From positions 32,001 through 96,000 of the forward strand of contig CAVYGB010000009.1 in the NCBI GenBank assembly GCA_963767925.1: DNA of 64,000 nt, given 5' to 3'. This document shows positions 16,228 through 26,020 of the stretch, piece by piece. Within the stretch, counting starts at the first letter, position 1, and every line of letters begins with the position of its first letter. Below the pieces are notes generated by a model. That model had not been told where the DNA came from, did no database searches, and saw nothing but the letters and a program-made list of their open reading frames with translations. This DNA is from an uncultured delta proteobacterium. GTDB taxonomy: Bacteria; Myxococcota_A; Polyangia; Fen-1088. The translations under genes were made by a program, and so were the position numbers.

Positions 16228-16275
16228 GCCGTTTTATTCACACACCGATTCGCCGTTTATTCACACACCGGTTTC
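16228..16275. repeat. Two tandem ~24-bp AT-rich direct repeats
   Basis: GCCGTTTTATTCACACACCGATTC followed by GCCGTTTATTCACACACCGGTTTC. Confidence 0.85.
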
Positions 16276-16286
16276 GAGGCGAGCGT

Positions 16287-16344
16287 CCCTCACCCGCCGC
16301 AGCTGCGGCGACCTCTCCCCGCTTCGCCCGGCGAAGTGAGGAGG
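16287..16344 (-). repeat. Degenerate copy of the REP-like palindromic element
   Basis: CCCTCACCCGCCGCAGCTGCGGCGACCTCTCCCCG..., the reverse orientation of the element at 31168. Confidence 0.6.
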
Positions 16345-16402
16345 CGGGTGGGACGGGGAGGGGGCAGGGAAGGGAAGGAGCGAGCGGAGCAGGGGCGCGT
16401 GC

Positions 16403-16487
16403 GGGTCAGCGGAGCTGGACGGGAAGTCGAGGGTCAGCAGGGGCTGGACGGGAAGTCGAGGGTCAGCGGAGCTGGACGGGAAGTCGG
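16403..16487. repeat. Three tandem 28-29-bp repeats duplicating the 3' end of the serine hydrolase gene
   Basis: GGGTCAGCGGAGCTGGACGGGAAGTCGA-type units at 16403, 16431 and 16460; the third contains the gene's stop codon. Confidence 0.9.
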
Positions 16488-18172
16488 GGGGGCGCGCTGG
16501 GCTGGCGGGCCAGGCGGAGCAGGGCGCTTTCGCCGGCGGCGCGGAAGGGGGCTTTCCCCGCGGCGGGGGGCCCGGTGGACGCCGCCATCCGGGCGGCGTG
16601 GCCGGCGCGGGTGGCGAGGTATTCGGCCTGGCCGCTGCGGTCGCGCCAGAAGGTGAGGGGGAGCTCGATCCCCTCCACCGTCAGCGAAAAGGTGTCGCGG
16701 GCGAGCTGGGTCAGCGGGTAGCGGGCGCCGTCGTCGAAGGTGGTCAGGACGAGCTGCTCGCCCTCCAGCGTGACCTCCATCAGGCCGAGGCCGAGGGCGG
16801 GGAAGCCCCCCGCGGGGATGCGGCCGTCGTAGTGTCCGACGTACCGGCCCCAGTCCGACGGCGGCGTCATCCAGTCCGGTGGGGGGATGTCCTTGGCCCC
16901 GACGAAGGTGTCGATCGCCTGGATGGCCGCGGCGATGGGCGGGTAGGCGTCGCCGTTGACCAGCATGACCACCCCGAACCGCGCCTGCGGCACCATCCAG
17001 AGGGCGGCGTGCAGCCCCGGCAGGTCGCCGGGGTGGCCCACGATGAGCCGGCCCCGGTCCGGCAACGCGAACAGCCCCAGCCCGTACACCTGCTCGGGCG
17101 GCGCCTGGGTCGAGATGGTGGGCAGCGCCATCTGCACGACCGACCAGGGGCTCAGGGCGTCGCCGCCACCGGCCAGCAGGGCCGTCACCAGCTTGCCGAG
17201 GTCGGTCACGCTGGCGTAGAGGTACCCCGGCGGCTCGGTCAGCGCGCAGCGGGTGAAGGTGGGGTCGCGCCCGTCGGCCGCGTGGGCCACGGCGTAGTCG
17301 CCCCCGGCGAGCACCTCGTCGACGTCGAAGGTGGCGGTCGCCATCCCCAGCGGCTCGAGCACCCGCCCCTCGATGAGCTCGCGAAAGGGGGCGCCGGCGG
17401 CCCGCTCGGCGGCCAGCCCGGCCAGCGAGAAGCCGAGGTTCGAATAGCTCCAGAGCCGGCCCGGCGGCGACCACAAGACCAGGTCGGGGTGGGCGTCGAA
17501 CCAGGCGCCGAGCGCGCCCGGCCCCTCGGCGCATTCCGGCTCGATGTGGTCGGGCACGCCCGCGGTGTGCGACAGCAGGCGGCGCAGGGTGAGCTGCGCG
17601 GGATCGAACGGCGGCAGCAGCCGCAGCTCGGGCAGGTAGCGGGTGACCGGGGCGTCGAGCGAGACCCGTCCCTCCTCGGTCAAGGCCATCACCATCGCCG
17701 CCACGAGCGTCTTGCTGGTGGACGCCACCCGGAACACGGTGTCGGCCCCGACCGCGTCCGCGCCGCCCGCGCGCTTGACCCCCATCCCGGTGACGAAGGC
17801 CAGCCGCCCGTCCTCGACGATCGCCAGCGCGCCCCCCGGCGTCCCCGTCCTCTCGAGCTGCCCCGCGATCCGATCCGCGAATGCCCGGTAGCGATCTTCG
17901 ACGTCCGTCGCCACCCCGCCGCGCGCTTCCCCGAGCGCGCTCACCGCCGCCACCTCGCCGCGCGCTTCCCCGAGCGCGGTCACCGCCGCCACCTCGCGGC
18001 GCGCGTTCAGCCCGGCCGCGCCTGGCGCGCCCTCTTCGCCGCCGGCGCCGCACCCGGCGCCCGCCCCGAGCAGCCCAGCGATCACCCACGAGCGCCACCC
18101 CATCAGCCGGGCCGTCGCCCCGCGGGTCTGGGTTCCTCCGGTCCGATCGATCGCGGCGCGCGGGTAGCTCAT
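16463..18172 (-). CDS. Serine hydrolase, beta-lactamase class C/AmpC-like family, probably exported
   Basis: FRVASTSK (SxxK), LLSHTAG, WSYSN, GHPG; GGAGGAG before ATG 18172; LLGAGAGC possible lipobox. Confidence 0.88.
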   Translation of the reverse strand: MSYPRAAIDRTGGTQTRGATARLMGWRSWVIAGLLGAGAGCGAGGEEGAPGAAGLNARREVAAVTALGEARGEVAAVSALGEARGGVATDVEDRYRAFADRIAGQLERTGTPGGALAIVEDGRLAFVTGMGVKRAGGADAVGADTVFRVASTSKTLVAAMVMALTEEGRVSLDAPVTRYLPELRLLPPFDPAQLTLRRLLSHTAGVPDHIEPECAEGPGALGAWFDAHPDLVLWSPPGRLWSYSNLGFSLAGLAAERAAGAPFRELIEGRVLEPLGMATATFDVDEVLAGGDYAVAHAADGRDPTFTRCALTEPPGYLYASVTDLGKLVTALLAGGGDALSPWSVVQMALPTISTQAPPEQVYGLGLFALPDRGRLIVGHPGDLPGLHAALWMVPQARFGVVMLVNGDAYPPIAAAIQAIDTFVGAKDIPPPDWMTPPSDWGRYVGHYDGRIPAGGFPALGLGLMEVTLEGEQLVLTTFDDGARYPLTQLARDTFSLTVEGIELPLTFWRDRSGQAEYLATRAGHAARMAASTGPPAAGKAPFRAAGESALLRLARQPSAPPRLPVQLR

Positions 18173-18373
18173 GGCTCTTCTCCTCCGTCTCTCTTCCTCT
18201 TCTCGGGCGCTCGTGACCCCTCGGTCCAGCGCGGGGCAAGCTTCCCTCACTTTTCCAGCCGGCGTTCGCCGGAATCGCCCGGTCCGCCGATCTTTGCTCG
18301 CTATTCCCTAAGCCCTGACCCGCGTCCGAACGACCGCGGGATCGCGCGCACCCCGGGGTTTTCTCGTCGGGAC

Positions 18374-19657
18374 ATGGGCATTTCCCCGCGCCCTGACGTA
18401 GAACCAGCCCCCATGCCTTCCGGGCCTCCGGCCTCCGAGCGGCGGATCATCGGCCTCCTCGCCGCCGTCTCCTTCGTGAACATCCTCGACTTCATGATGG
18501 TGATGCCGCTCGGCCCCGACTTCGCCCGGGCCCTCGGGATCCCCACCTCGAACCTCGGCATCATCGGCGGCAGCTACACCGCGGCGGCGGCCGTGTCGGG
18601 GCTGGTGGCGGCGCTGTTCCTGGATCGCTTCGACCGGCGCAGCGCCCTGGCGGTGGCGATGCTGGGCCTGGTGCTCGGCACCGCGGCGGGCGGCTTCGCG
18701 GTGGGCTTGAACAGCCTGGTGGCGTCGCGGGTGGTGGCCGGCATGTTCGGCGGCCCCGCCACAACCCTGGGGCTGTCCATTCTGGCCGACGTCGTCCCCC
18801 TCGAGCGTCGCGGGCGGGCCATGGGCGCCCTGATGGGCGCCTTCTCGGCCGCCTCGGTGTTCGGCGTGCCCGCCGGCCTGCGCCTGGCCCGCATCGGCGA
18901 CTGGCGCACGCCCTTCTTCGCGGTGGCCGGGCTGGGCGTGGTGCTCGTCGTCGCCGCCATCGCCGTCATGCCGAAGCTGCGCGGCCACCTCGAGCGCACC
19001 CGGGAGGCGCCGCCCCGCGACCTCGGCGCCTTCCTGCGCGATCCCGCCGTGCGCCTCTCGATCGTCGCCACGGTGGCGGTGTTCGCCGCCGGCTTCTCGG
19101 TCATCCCCAACCTCTCGGCCTACCTGCAGCAGAACCTGGGCTATCCGCGGGCCGGCCTCGAGCTGCTCTATCTCGTGGGCGGCATCGTCAGCTTCGTGGC
19201 CATGCGGATCGGGGGGGCGGTCGTCGATCGGCGCGGGCCGGTGCTGGTGACCGCCGTCGGCACCAGCCTGCTGGTGCTGGATCTGCTGGTGGGGTTCGTG
19301 CCCCCCCGGCCCCTGGTCCCGGTGATGGTCGTGTTCGTGCTGTTCATGCTGGCCAACTCCATCCGCTCGGTGGCGCTGCACACCCTGTCGTCGCGCGTCC
19401 CCTTCCCGGCCGAGCGCGCCCGCTTCATGTCGGGGCTGTCGGCCGCGCAGCACCTGGCCGCGGCGGTGGGCGCGTTGATGTCGTCGCTGCTGCTCTCCGA
19501 GCGGCCCGATGGCACCCTGGCCGGGATGGCCACGGTGGCCCTGCTCGCCGCCGGGCTCTCCGCCACCGTCCCCTTCCTGGTGCGGGCGATCGCTCGCCGG
19601 GTGCAGGCCCGTCCGGCCGTCGTCAGCGCAGTGGCCCACACCGCCCCGGCCGCCTGA
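18374..19657 (+). CDS. MFS transporter
   Basis: FVNILDFMMVMPLGP, motif A-like LDRFDRRS, about 12 hydrophobic segments. Start could be 18413. Confidence 0.9.
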   Translation: MGISPRPDVEPAPMPSGPPASERRIIGLLAAVSFVNILDFMMVMPLGPDFARALGIPTSNLGIIGGSYTAAAAVSGLVAALFLDRFDRRSALAVAMLGLVLGTAAGGFAVGLNSLVASRVVAGMFGGPATTLGLSILADVVPLERRGRAMGALMGAFSAASVFGVPAGLRLARIGDWRTPFFAVAGLGVVLVVAAIAVMPKLRGHLERTREAPPRDLGAFLRDPAVRLSIVATVAVFAAGFSVIPNLSAYLQQNLGYPRAGLELLYLVGGIVSFVAMRIGGAVVDRRGPVLVTAVGTSLLVLDLLVGFVPPRPLVPVMVVFVLFMLANSIRSVALHTLSSRVPFPAERARFMSGLSAAQHLAAAVGALMSSLLLSERPDGTLAGMATVALLAAGLSATVPFLVRAIARRVQARPAVVSAVAHTAPAA

Positions 19658-19778
19658 GCCCGGCCGGTCGGGCCGGGCCCGCAATCGCCGGGTTTTGCCG
19701 CCCGGGCGAGGATTCGTCGCCCGGGCGCTCGCCGCGCGCAAACCTGGACCCATCTTGGTGGCCCAACAGGAGGGGTCC

Positions 19779-20246
19779 ATGAGCTTCAATCGTGCGAACA
19801 GCCAGGGGTCGTTGAAGAAGGCGCTGGGGGCCGGGTTTGCGGGGGCCGCCGCCCTCACCATCGCCCACGAGACGTTGCGGCGCTTCCGCTCGGACGCGCC
19901 CCGCATGGACGTGGTGGGAGGGCGAGCGCTGTCCGCGGTGTGGCGCTGGACCGGCAATCGCCCGCCCCGGGGCACGCGCCTGTACCTCGCCACCCTCGGC
20001 GCCGATTTCCTGTCGAACACCGCCTACTTCACCGGCTTTCTCCTGGGCCGCCCGCGCCACCCCTACGTCCGCCAGACCGCCGCCGGCCTCCTGGCCGGGG
20101 TGGCCGCCTTCCTGCTGCCGCCGGTGCTGCGCCTCGGCTTCGCCCCCAAGTCCTACCGCCGCAGCAACCGCCTGCTGACCATCGGCCTTTACCTGCTGGG
20201 CGGCGCCGTCGCCGCCACCGCCTTCGACCGCGCCCGCCGGGCGTAG
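19779..20246 (+). CDS. Hypothetical membrane protein
   Basis: AGGAGG before the ATG; several hydrophobic helices; HETLRR...APRMDVVG. Confidence 0.75.
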   Translation: MSFNRANSQGSLKKALGAGFAGAAALTIAHETLRRFRSDAPRMDVVGGRALSAVWRWTGNRPPRGTRLYLATLGADFLSNTAYFTGFLLGRPRHPYVRQTAAGLLAGVAAFLLPPVLRLGFAPKSYRRSNRLLTIGLYLLGGAVAATAFDRARRA

Positions 20247-20259
20247 CGCGGTGGCGCGC

Positions 20260-22035
20260 TCAGCGGCGCAGCAGCCACCGGCGGGCCAGCTCGAGGCGCT
20301 GCTCGAGCTGCTTGACGGTGGCCTCGCTGACCCGGCGGATGCCGGCCTTGCGGTTCAGGTCGGCGTTCAGCTCGGCGTGCCCCTTGCCGGTGCTGTGGAC
20401 CAGCTCGCGCACCAGCTCGCTGTTGGCCTCGCGCAGCTCGCGCCGGCGGGCGAGGGCGCTCTTGGGCTTGCCGGTCGGGCCGCTGGCCGCCCCTGGCTCG
20501 TCCGGGTCGGGCAGGGGCAGCGGGGGCGGCGCCATGGCCATCGCCATCGCCTGCGCCGTCACCGGGGCCGACACCTGGGCGATACCGGGCGCGCCCGGGC
20601 CGTCGGGGGCGCCGGGGCTGCCCCACTCCGGGATGGGGTCGTCCCCACCGGCCGACTCGTCCTCGTAGATGCGCCCGGTCTGCAGCGGGCGCCCGTGCTC
20701 GTCGAGCGGCACCGCCGAGATCACCGAGAACAGCGAGAGCTGCTCCTCCAGGGCCGGCTCCTGCGCCTCCCCGTCGGCCGGCCCCTCCTCCTCGCGCGGC
20801 CGCTCCTCCTCGAGCTTGCGCAGGTTGTGGCGGCGCTGCTCGGCGATCGCCCCGGCGAAGGTGCGCAGGCGCGGATCGTCGGGGATGAACATGTAGGCCG
20901 CCTGGCGCCCGAGCCCGCTCCGCCAGCGCACCAGCCGCCCCACCGCCTGCCGGAAGAACAGCTCGGTCACGGTGTTGGTGGCGTAGACCCCGACCCGCAG
21001 CCGGGGGATGTCGACCCCCTCGGAGACCATGCGCACCGCCACCAGCCAGGGCGCTTGCCCCTCGCCGAAGGCGCTGATCTTGCTGGAGGCGTCGGGATCA
21101 TCGGAGGTGGCCACCATCGGCGCCACCCCGAGGTTCTCGTACATGATGTCGGCGATGCCGCGAGCGTGCTCCTGGTCGATGGCGATCACCAGCCCGCCCG
21201 CCCGGGGGTCGCGCTGGCGCAGGTGGCCGAGCTGGGCGTGGGCCTGCCCCAGCACCGCCGGCAGCCACTCGCCCGCCACGTCGAGCGCCGCCCGCAGCCG
21301 CTGGTTGCCGAGGTCCTTGGTCAGGCGGTCGTCGAAGGTGGCGTTGTAGTCGGAGCCGTCGGGCGCCGTCCACTCCATGTGCCCGTTGATGCGGGGGAAA
21401 TACACCGGCCGCACGACCCCCGCCTCCTCGAGCGCCTGGCCGTAGCCGTATTCGTACTGGGCGTGCGCCAGGTCGCCCTCGTAGCGCACGAAGGGGATGG
21501 TGCGCTGGTCGGAGCGGAAGGGCGTCCCCGACAGGCACAGCCGCCGCGCCGCCGGCTCGAAGGCCAGGCGCACGGCATCGCCCCAGGCCCGGCTCTCGCC
21601 GGCGTGGTGGACCTCGTCGAGGATCACCATCGCCCCCCGCACCAGCGGCCGCATGGCCGCCGGGTTGGCCGCCACCTGCTGATAGGTCACCGCCACGCCG
21701 TGGACATCGGAGGGCAACCCGCCGTACCCCGCCGACCACTCCGGGTCGAGGTGGATGTGCACCCCTTCGGCGGCGTGGGCCCACTGCCGCTTGAGGTGCT
21801 GGGTGGGGACCACCACCACCAGCCGGCGCACCCGCCCCGCCCGCAGCGCGCGCAGCACCGCCCACAGCGCGAACACCGTCTTGCCCGCGCCAGGCGTCGC
21901 CACCGCGAGGAAGCTGCTCTCCTCGCTGGCCTCGAGCCGCGCGAGCGCGTCCCGTTGCCAGGGGCGCAGGGGCAGCTCCTCGGGCGCAACGTCATCCGGC
22001 GCGGTCCACCGGTTCGTCTCGGTCGGGCTGGGAAT
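20260..22035 (-). CDS. Superfamily II DEAD/DEAH helicase (ResIII-like); probable ATT start
   Basis: LRPWQ, ATPGAGKT, DEVHH, LSGTPFRSD, VRMVSEGVDIPRL, QAVGR. Conserved sequence extends upstream of the first GTG (21903) to AGGAG-N8-ATT at 22035. Confidence 0.85.
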   Translation of the reverse strand: MPSPTETNRWTAPDDVAPEELPLRPWQRDALARLEASEESSFLAVATPGAGKTVFALWAVLRALRAGRVRRLVVVVPTQHLKRQWAHAAEGVHIHLDPEWSAGYGGLPSDVHGVAVTYQQVAANPAAMRPLVRGAMVILDEVHHAGESRAWGDAVRLAFEPAARRLCLSGTPFRSDQRTIPFVRYEGDLAHAQYEYGYGQALEEAGVVRPVYFPRINGHMEWTAPDGSDYNATFDDRLTKDLGNQRLRAALDVAGEWLPAVLGQAHAQLGHLRQRDPRAGGLVIAIDQEHARGIADIMYENLGVAPMVATSDDPDASSKISAFGEGQAPWLVAVRMVSEGVDIPRLRVGVYATNTVTELFFRQAVGRLVRWRSGLGRQAAYMFIPDDPRLRTFAGAIAEQRRHNLRKLEEERPREEEGPADGEAQEPALEEQLSLFSVISAVPLDEHGRPLQTGRIYEDESAGGDDPIPEWGSPGAPDGPGAPGIAQVSAPVTAQAMAMAMAPPPLPLPDPDEPGAASGPTGKPKSALARRRELREANSELVRELVHSTGKGHAELNADLNRKAGIRRVSEATVKQLEQRLELARRWLLRR

Positions 22036-22051
22036 CGGTAGATCTCCTGCG

Positions 22052-22084
22052 TCGGTCGAAACCGAGGTTCGGTCGAAACCGAGG
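22052..22084. promoter_or_regulatory. Tandem pair of palindromes TCGGT-N4-ACCGA (17-bp period) in the divergent intergenic region
   Basis: TCGGTCGAAACCGAGG at 22052 and 22069, immediately 5' of the helicase Shine-Dalgarno. Confidence 0.6.
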
Positions 22085-22210
22085 AATCGAGCTAATTACC
22101 GCAACCCCTCCCCCCCGTCCAGGTGATCCGATCGCGCGCCGCTCTTTTCCGGAGCGCTCCCGGCCGCGAGCGAACGCCGCGGGTGCGCCGACGTGCGATA
22201 AAATGTGATC

Positions 22211-23065
<855 letters not shown>

Positions 23066-23092
23066 CCGCCCGCCCCCCGCGCCGCCGCCAGC

Positions 23093-23614
23093 TCAGCCCG
23101 GCAGCAGCCGGATCTCGACCATCAGATCGCCGGCCAGCCGCTCGAGGCTGTCCCGCACCGCCGCCAGGTCGACGCCGGCCGGGACCGCCAGACGGGCCCG
23201 CGCCCGGAACATCATCTCCGCCGACATCGGCGCGCTCGAGCGGTCGGTGACCAGCTCCTCGACGTTGATGTGCTGGGCGGCGAGCAGCCCCGAAACCTCG
23301 CGCACCAGCCCGGGGCGATCCAGGCCCAGCAGCTCCAGCTCCATCACCTGCTGCGGCTCGACCGCCGTCGCGCTCTCGCTCGGCTCGAGCACGATGCGCA
23401 GGCCCCGCGTCTCGAGCCGGGCGAGCGCCTCGCGCAGCGAATCGGTGGCGCCCGCGGGCAGCTCCACCCGCAACACGCCCGCGAACTTGCCGGCCAGGCG
23501 GGCCATGCGGCTCTCGACCCAGTTGCCCCCGCAGGCGACGATGGCCTGGGCCACCGCCTCCACGAGGCCGGGCCGATCCGGCCCGATCAGCGTCAACACG
23601 AGATCGGTGCTCAC
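23093..23614 (-). CDS. GcvR-like tandem ACT-domain protein
   Basis: LVLTLIGPDRPGLV...GGNWVESRMARLAGKFAG and a second ACT GLDRPGLVREVS; GTG overlaps the upstream stop (GTGA). Confidence 0.88.
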   Translation of the reverse strand: MSTDLVLTLIGPDRPGLVEAVAQAIVACGGNWVESRMARLAGKFAGVLRVELPAGATDSLREALARLETRGLRIVLEPSESATAVEPQQVMELELLGLDRPGLVREVSGLLAAQHINVEELVTDRSSAPMSAEMMFRARARLAVPAGVDLAAVRDSLERLAGDLMVEIRLLPG

Positions 23615-25503
23615 GGCGCGCTCCGGGGCGGCGGCCCCTGCGGCACGTCGAGCGTGAGGGTGAGGTTCTGATCGGCGTCGGTCATGAAGATGTCGTAGAG
23701 CGGTGAGTAGGTGTACACCTTGATGGTACGCCCATCCGCCAGGAACTCCAGCAGCCGCATGTAGCCCTCGCCACCGAGGGGGCGGACCTGGTAGTTCGAG
23801 AGCATCTGGTGACAGGTGTTCCCCTTGTCGGTGACGCTCGCCAGGTAGCCGGTGCCGTCCCCCAGCACGTGGCCGTTCAGGGTCATCACGAAGGCGTGGC
23901 GGCGCACCAGCTTCTGCCACAGCTCCTCGCCGTCGTTGACCCCGCCGGCGGTGCCGTAGTGGTGGGGGTTGAAGCTCTGCGGGCGGGTGGTGTCCGTGAC
24001 GTCGTAGCGGAAGTCGTTGTTGTTGAGGTAGGCGTGGGTGATGAGGATGCCGTAGCGGTCGGGGTGGCGGGTCATCACGCCGTCGGCCCAGGTGACGACC
24101 GCCTCGCGCGGTCCCCACTCCAGCGCCATCACGATGTAGTCGCGGCCCCCCGCCGAGAACAGGTGGTAGGTGTTCTCCAGCCGCCCGGGCTCGAAGGCCC
24201 CGCCGAAGGTGGGCCAGGCGGCCGTGCGATCGTAAGAGAAGTACTGGTTGAGCAAGGTGTCGCGGGTGGTGGCGTTGCCCGAGGGGCCGACGTCGTGGTT
24301 CCCGGTGACGAGCGCATAGGGCACGATCCCCTCGAGCAGCCACATCGCCTCGGACGCCCGCTGCCACTCGAGCGGGCTGTTCTGATCGACGATGTCGCCG
24401 AGATGGAGCGCGTAGGCGATGCGCCGGCGCTGGGCGTTGGCCGCGATCCAGCTCGTCTGGGCGGTGTAGATGCCCGGCCAGGCCAGCGAGTAGTACTGGG
24501 TGTCAGGCAGCACCGCCAGCATGAAGGCCCCGTCGCCCAGCACGGGCTCGTTCTGCGAGGGCGTCACCGCCACCGGCGGCGCCTGCCGCCGGCACACGCC
24601 CCGCACGTACTGGTACAGGTTGGCGAAGAAGGCCCGGTTGAAGGCGTCGCGATCCGGGCCCAGCCCCCGCGACTTGTCGGCGGGGATGGCGCTCAGGAGG
24701 AAGCGGCCCTGGGCGTAGGCCCCCTCCATGAGGGCGGCGCTCCCGGCGTTGCTGTTCCCGGCCAGCAGCACCGCGAACCCCCGCTGGGTGGCGAAGGTCT
24801 CCCAGCCGAGCTGGGGGAACCGCCAGGTCAAGGTGCCGTCCGCCTCGATGGGCACCCCCGCCAGCAGCGGGTGGGACCGGTCGAGGGCGTGGAGCCGCTC
24901 GACGTCGACGTCGTTACGTTGCGCCGTCTGCGAGTTGGGCAGGAAGCCCGGCACCGCCTCGGTCTGGTCGGCCTGGGGCATCTGCAGCAGCACGTTGGCC
25001 GCGTCGACGAAGGTGTAGATGGCCCGCGCGTTCGTCGCGACGTAATCGCGGTAGGCCTGGCTCTCGCTGGCGAAGGTGCCGAAGAACAGCAGCCCCTGCA
25101 GCTCGCGGGGGTCGCGATCGAGCGGCAGCGGCTTGACCTCGAACCCGGCCTGGACCAGCAGCTCGGAGGCGTTGCCCAGCTCGCCGGTGTGCGGATCGAG
25201 GAAGTCGAACACCCAGGCGGTCGGCACCTCGGGGCAGTTGAACTGGGCGGGGTCCGGCAGCGGCGCGTCGCCGGTTCCCGGCGCGGCATCGCCCACCCCC
25301 GGAGCGGGCCCACCGTCCCGGCCCGCCCAGGGCGACTGGCCATCGCCCGTGCCCGGATAACCCGAACCGCCCACGCCGCCGGTCGGCGGAAACGGATCCG
25401 GACCGGGCAGCCCGTCGTCGTCCCCACAGGTGGCGGACGCGGCCAGGAGCAGGAGCAGGCCGATGCGGCAGGAGACCGGGAAAGGCAGCGAGGGGGCGGT
25501 CAC
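23611..25503 (-). CDS. Exported calcineurin-like metallophosphoesterase with an extra N-terminal domain
   Basis: LPDTQ, HLGDIV, GNHD, ITHAY, NGHV motifs; signal/lipobox LLLLLAASATC. Start uncertain. Confidence 0.82.
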   Translation of the reverse strand: MTAPSLPFPVSCRIGLLLLLAASATCGDDDGLPGPDPFPPTGGVGGSGYPGTGDGQSPWAGRDGGPAPGVGDAAPGTGDAPLPDPAQFNCPEVPTAWVFDFLDPHTGELGNASELLVQAGFEVKPLPLDRDPRELQGLLFFGTFASESQAYRDYVATNARAIYTFVDAANVLLQMPQADQTEAVPGFLPNSQTAQRNDVDVERLHALDRSHPLLAGVPIEADGTLTWRFPQLGWETFATQRGFAVLLAGNSNAGSAALMEGAYAQGRFLLSAIPADKSRGLGPDRDAFNRAFFANLYQYVRGVCRRQAPPVAVTPSQNEPVLGDGAFMLAVLPDTQYYSLAWPGIYTAQTSWIAANAQRRRIAYALHLGDIVDQNSPLEWQRASEAMWLLEGIVPYALVTGNHDVGPSGNATTRDTLLNQYFSYDRTAAWPTFGGAFEPGRLENTYHLFSAGGRDYIVMALEWGPREAVVTWADGVMTRHPDRYGILITHAYLNNNDFRYDVTDTTRPQSFNPHHYGTAGGVNDGEELWQKLVRRHAFVMTLNGHVLGDGTGYLASVTDKGNTCHQMLSNYQVRPLGGEGYMRLLEFLADGRTIKVYTYSPLYDIFMTDADQNLTLTLDVPQGPPPRSAP

Positions 25504-25629
25504 CGCGGTCAGTTGTAACCCGAAATCGGGACTCTTCGCGACGGGGGCACAGGGGACAGCCCGCGTGTTACCCTCCGGCGGCGAGGGCGGCGGCGGTCTG
25601 GTACCCCCCATCTCAGGAGGCGGCAAGTC

Positions 25630-25998
25630 ATCCGCATCACAGCTCTGGGCGTCTATCCCATCGAAGACGCGCCCGACCCCTGCCATCTGATCGAGCTGCA
25701 CCTGGAGGCCGACGCTCCCGGTGAGACGCTCGATCTGCGCGCCGTCACCCAGGAGGCGGCGGGCCCCGGCATCGGGCGCTGGCAGTCGCCCTCCGAGGAG
25801 CACCTGCTCGATGCGGACGGCGAGAAGGGGGCGCTGCTCGACGCGGGGGAGGTCGCCGCGGTCACCGCGCCCGCCCGCGTCGCCTTCTTCTTTCACTTTC
25901 TCCGCTCCGATCGCCCCCTGCTGACCCCCGCCGGCCCGGTGATCCTCCCGGGAGCGGGCCCTCGTCCCGACCGCCTCCGCTTTCTCACCTACATCTGA
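25630..25998 (+). CDS. Hypothetical 122-aa protein missing from the ORF track (no canonical start)
   Basis: AGGAGG at 25615-25620, then ATC; reads IRITALGVYPIEDAPDPCHLIELHLE...RVAFFFHFLRSDRPLLTPAGPVILP...LRFLTYI with GC-rich third positions; fills the intergenic gap. Confidence 0.65.
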   Translation: MRITALGVYPIEDAPDPCHLIELHLEADAPGETLDLRAVTQEAAGPGIGRWQSPSEEHLLDADGEKGALLDAGEVAAVTAPARVAFFFHFLRSDRPLLTPAGPVILPGAGPRPDRLRFLTYI

Positions 25999-26020
25999 GC
26001 CCCCGCTCCGCTACGCCCGC

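Noticed and set aside
25504..25896. N-terminal 130 aa of the 761-aa phosphoesterase ORF
   Set aside because: Lies before the signal peptide and is the antisense of the better-supported + strand gene at 25630-25998.
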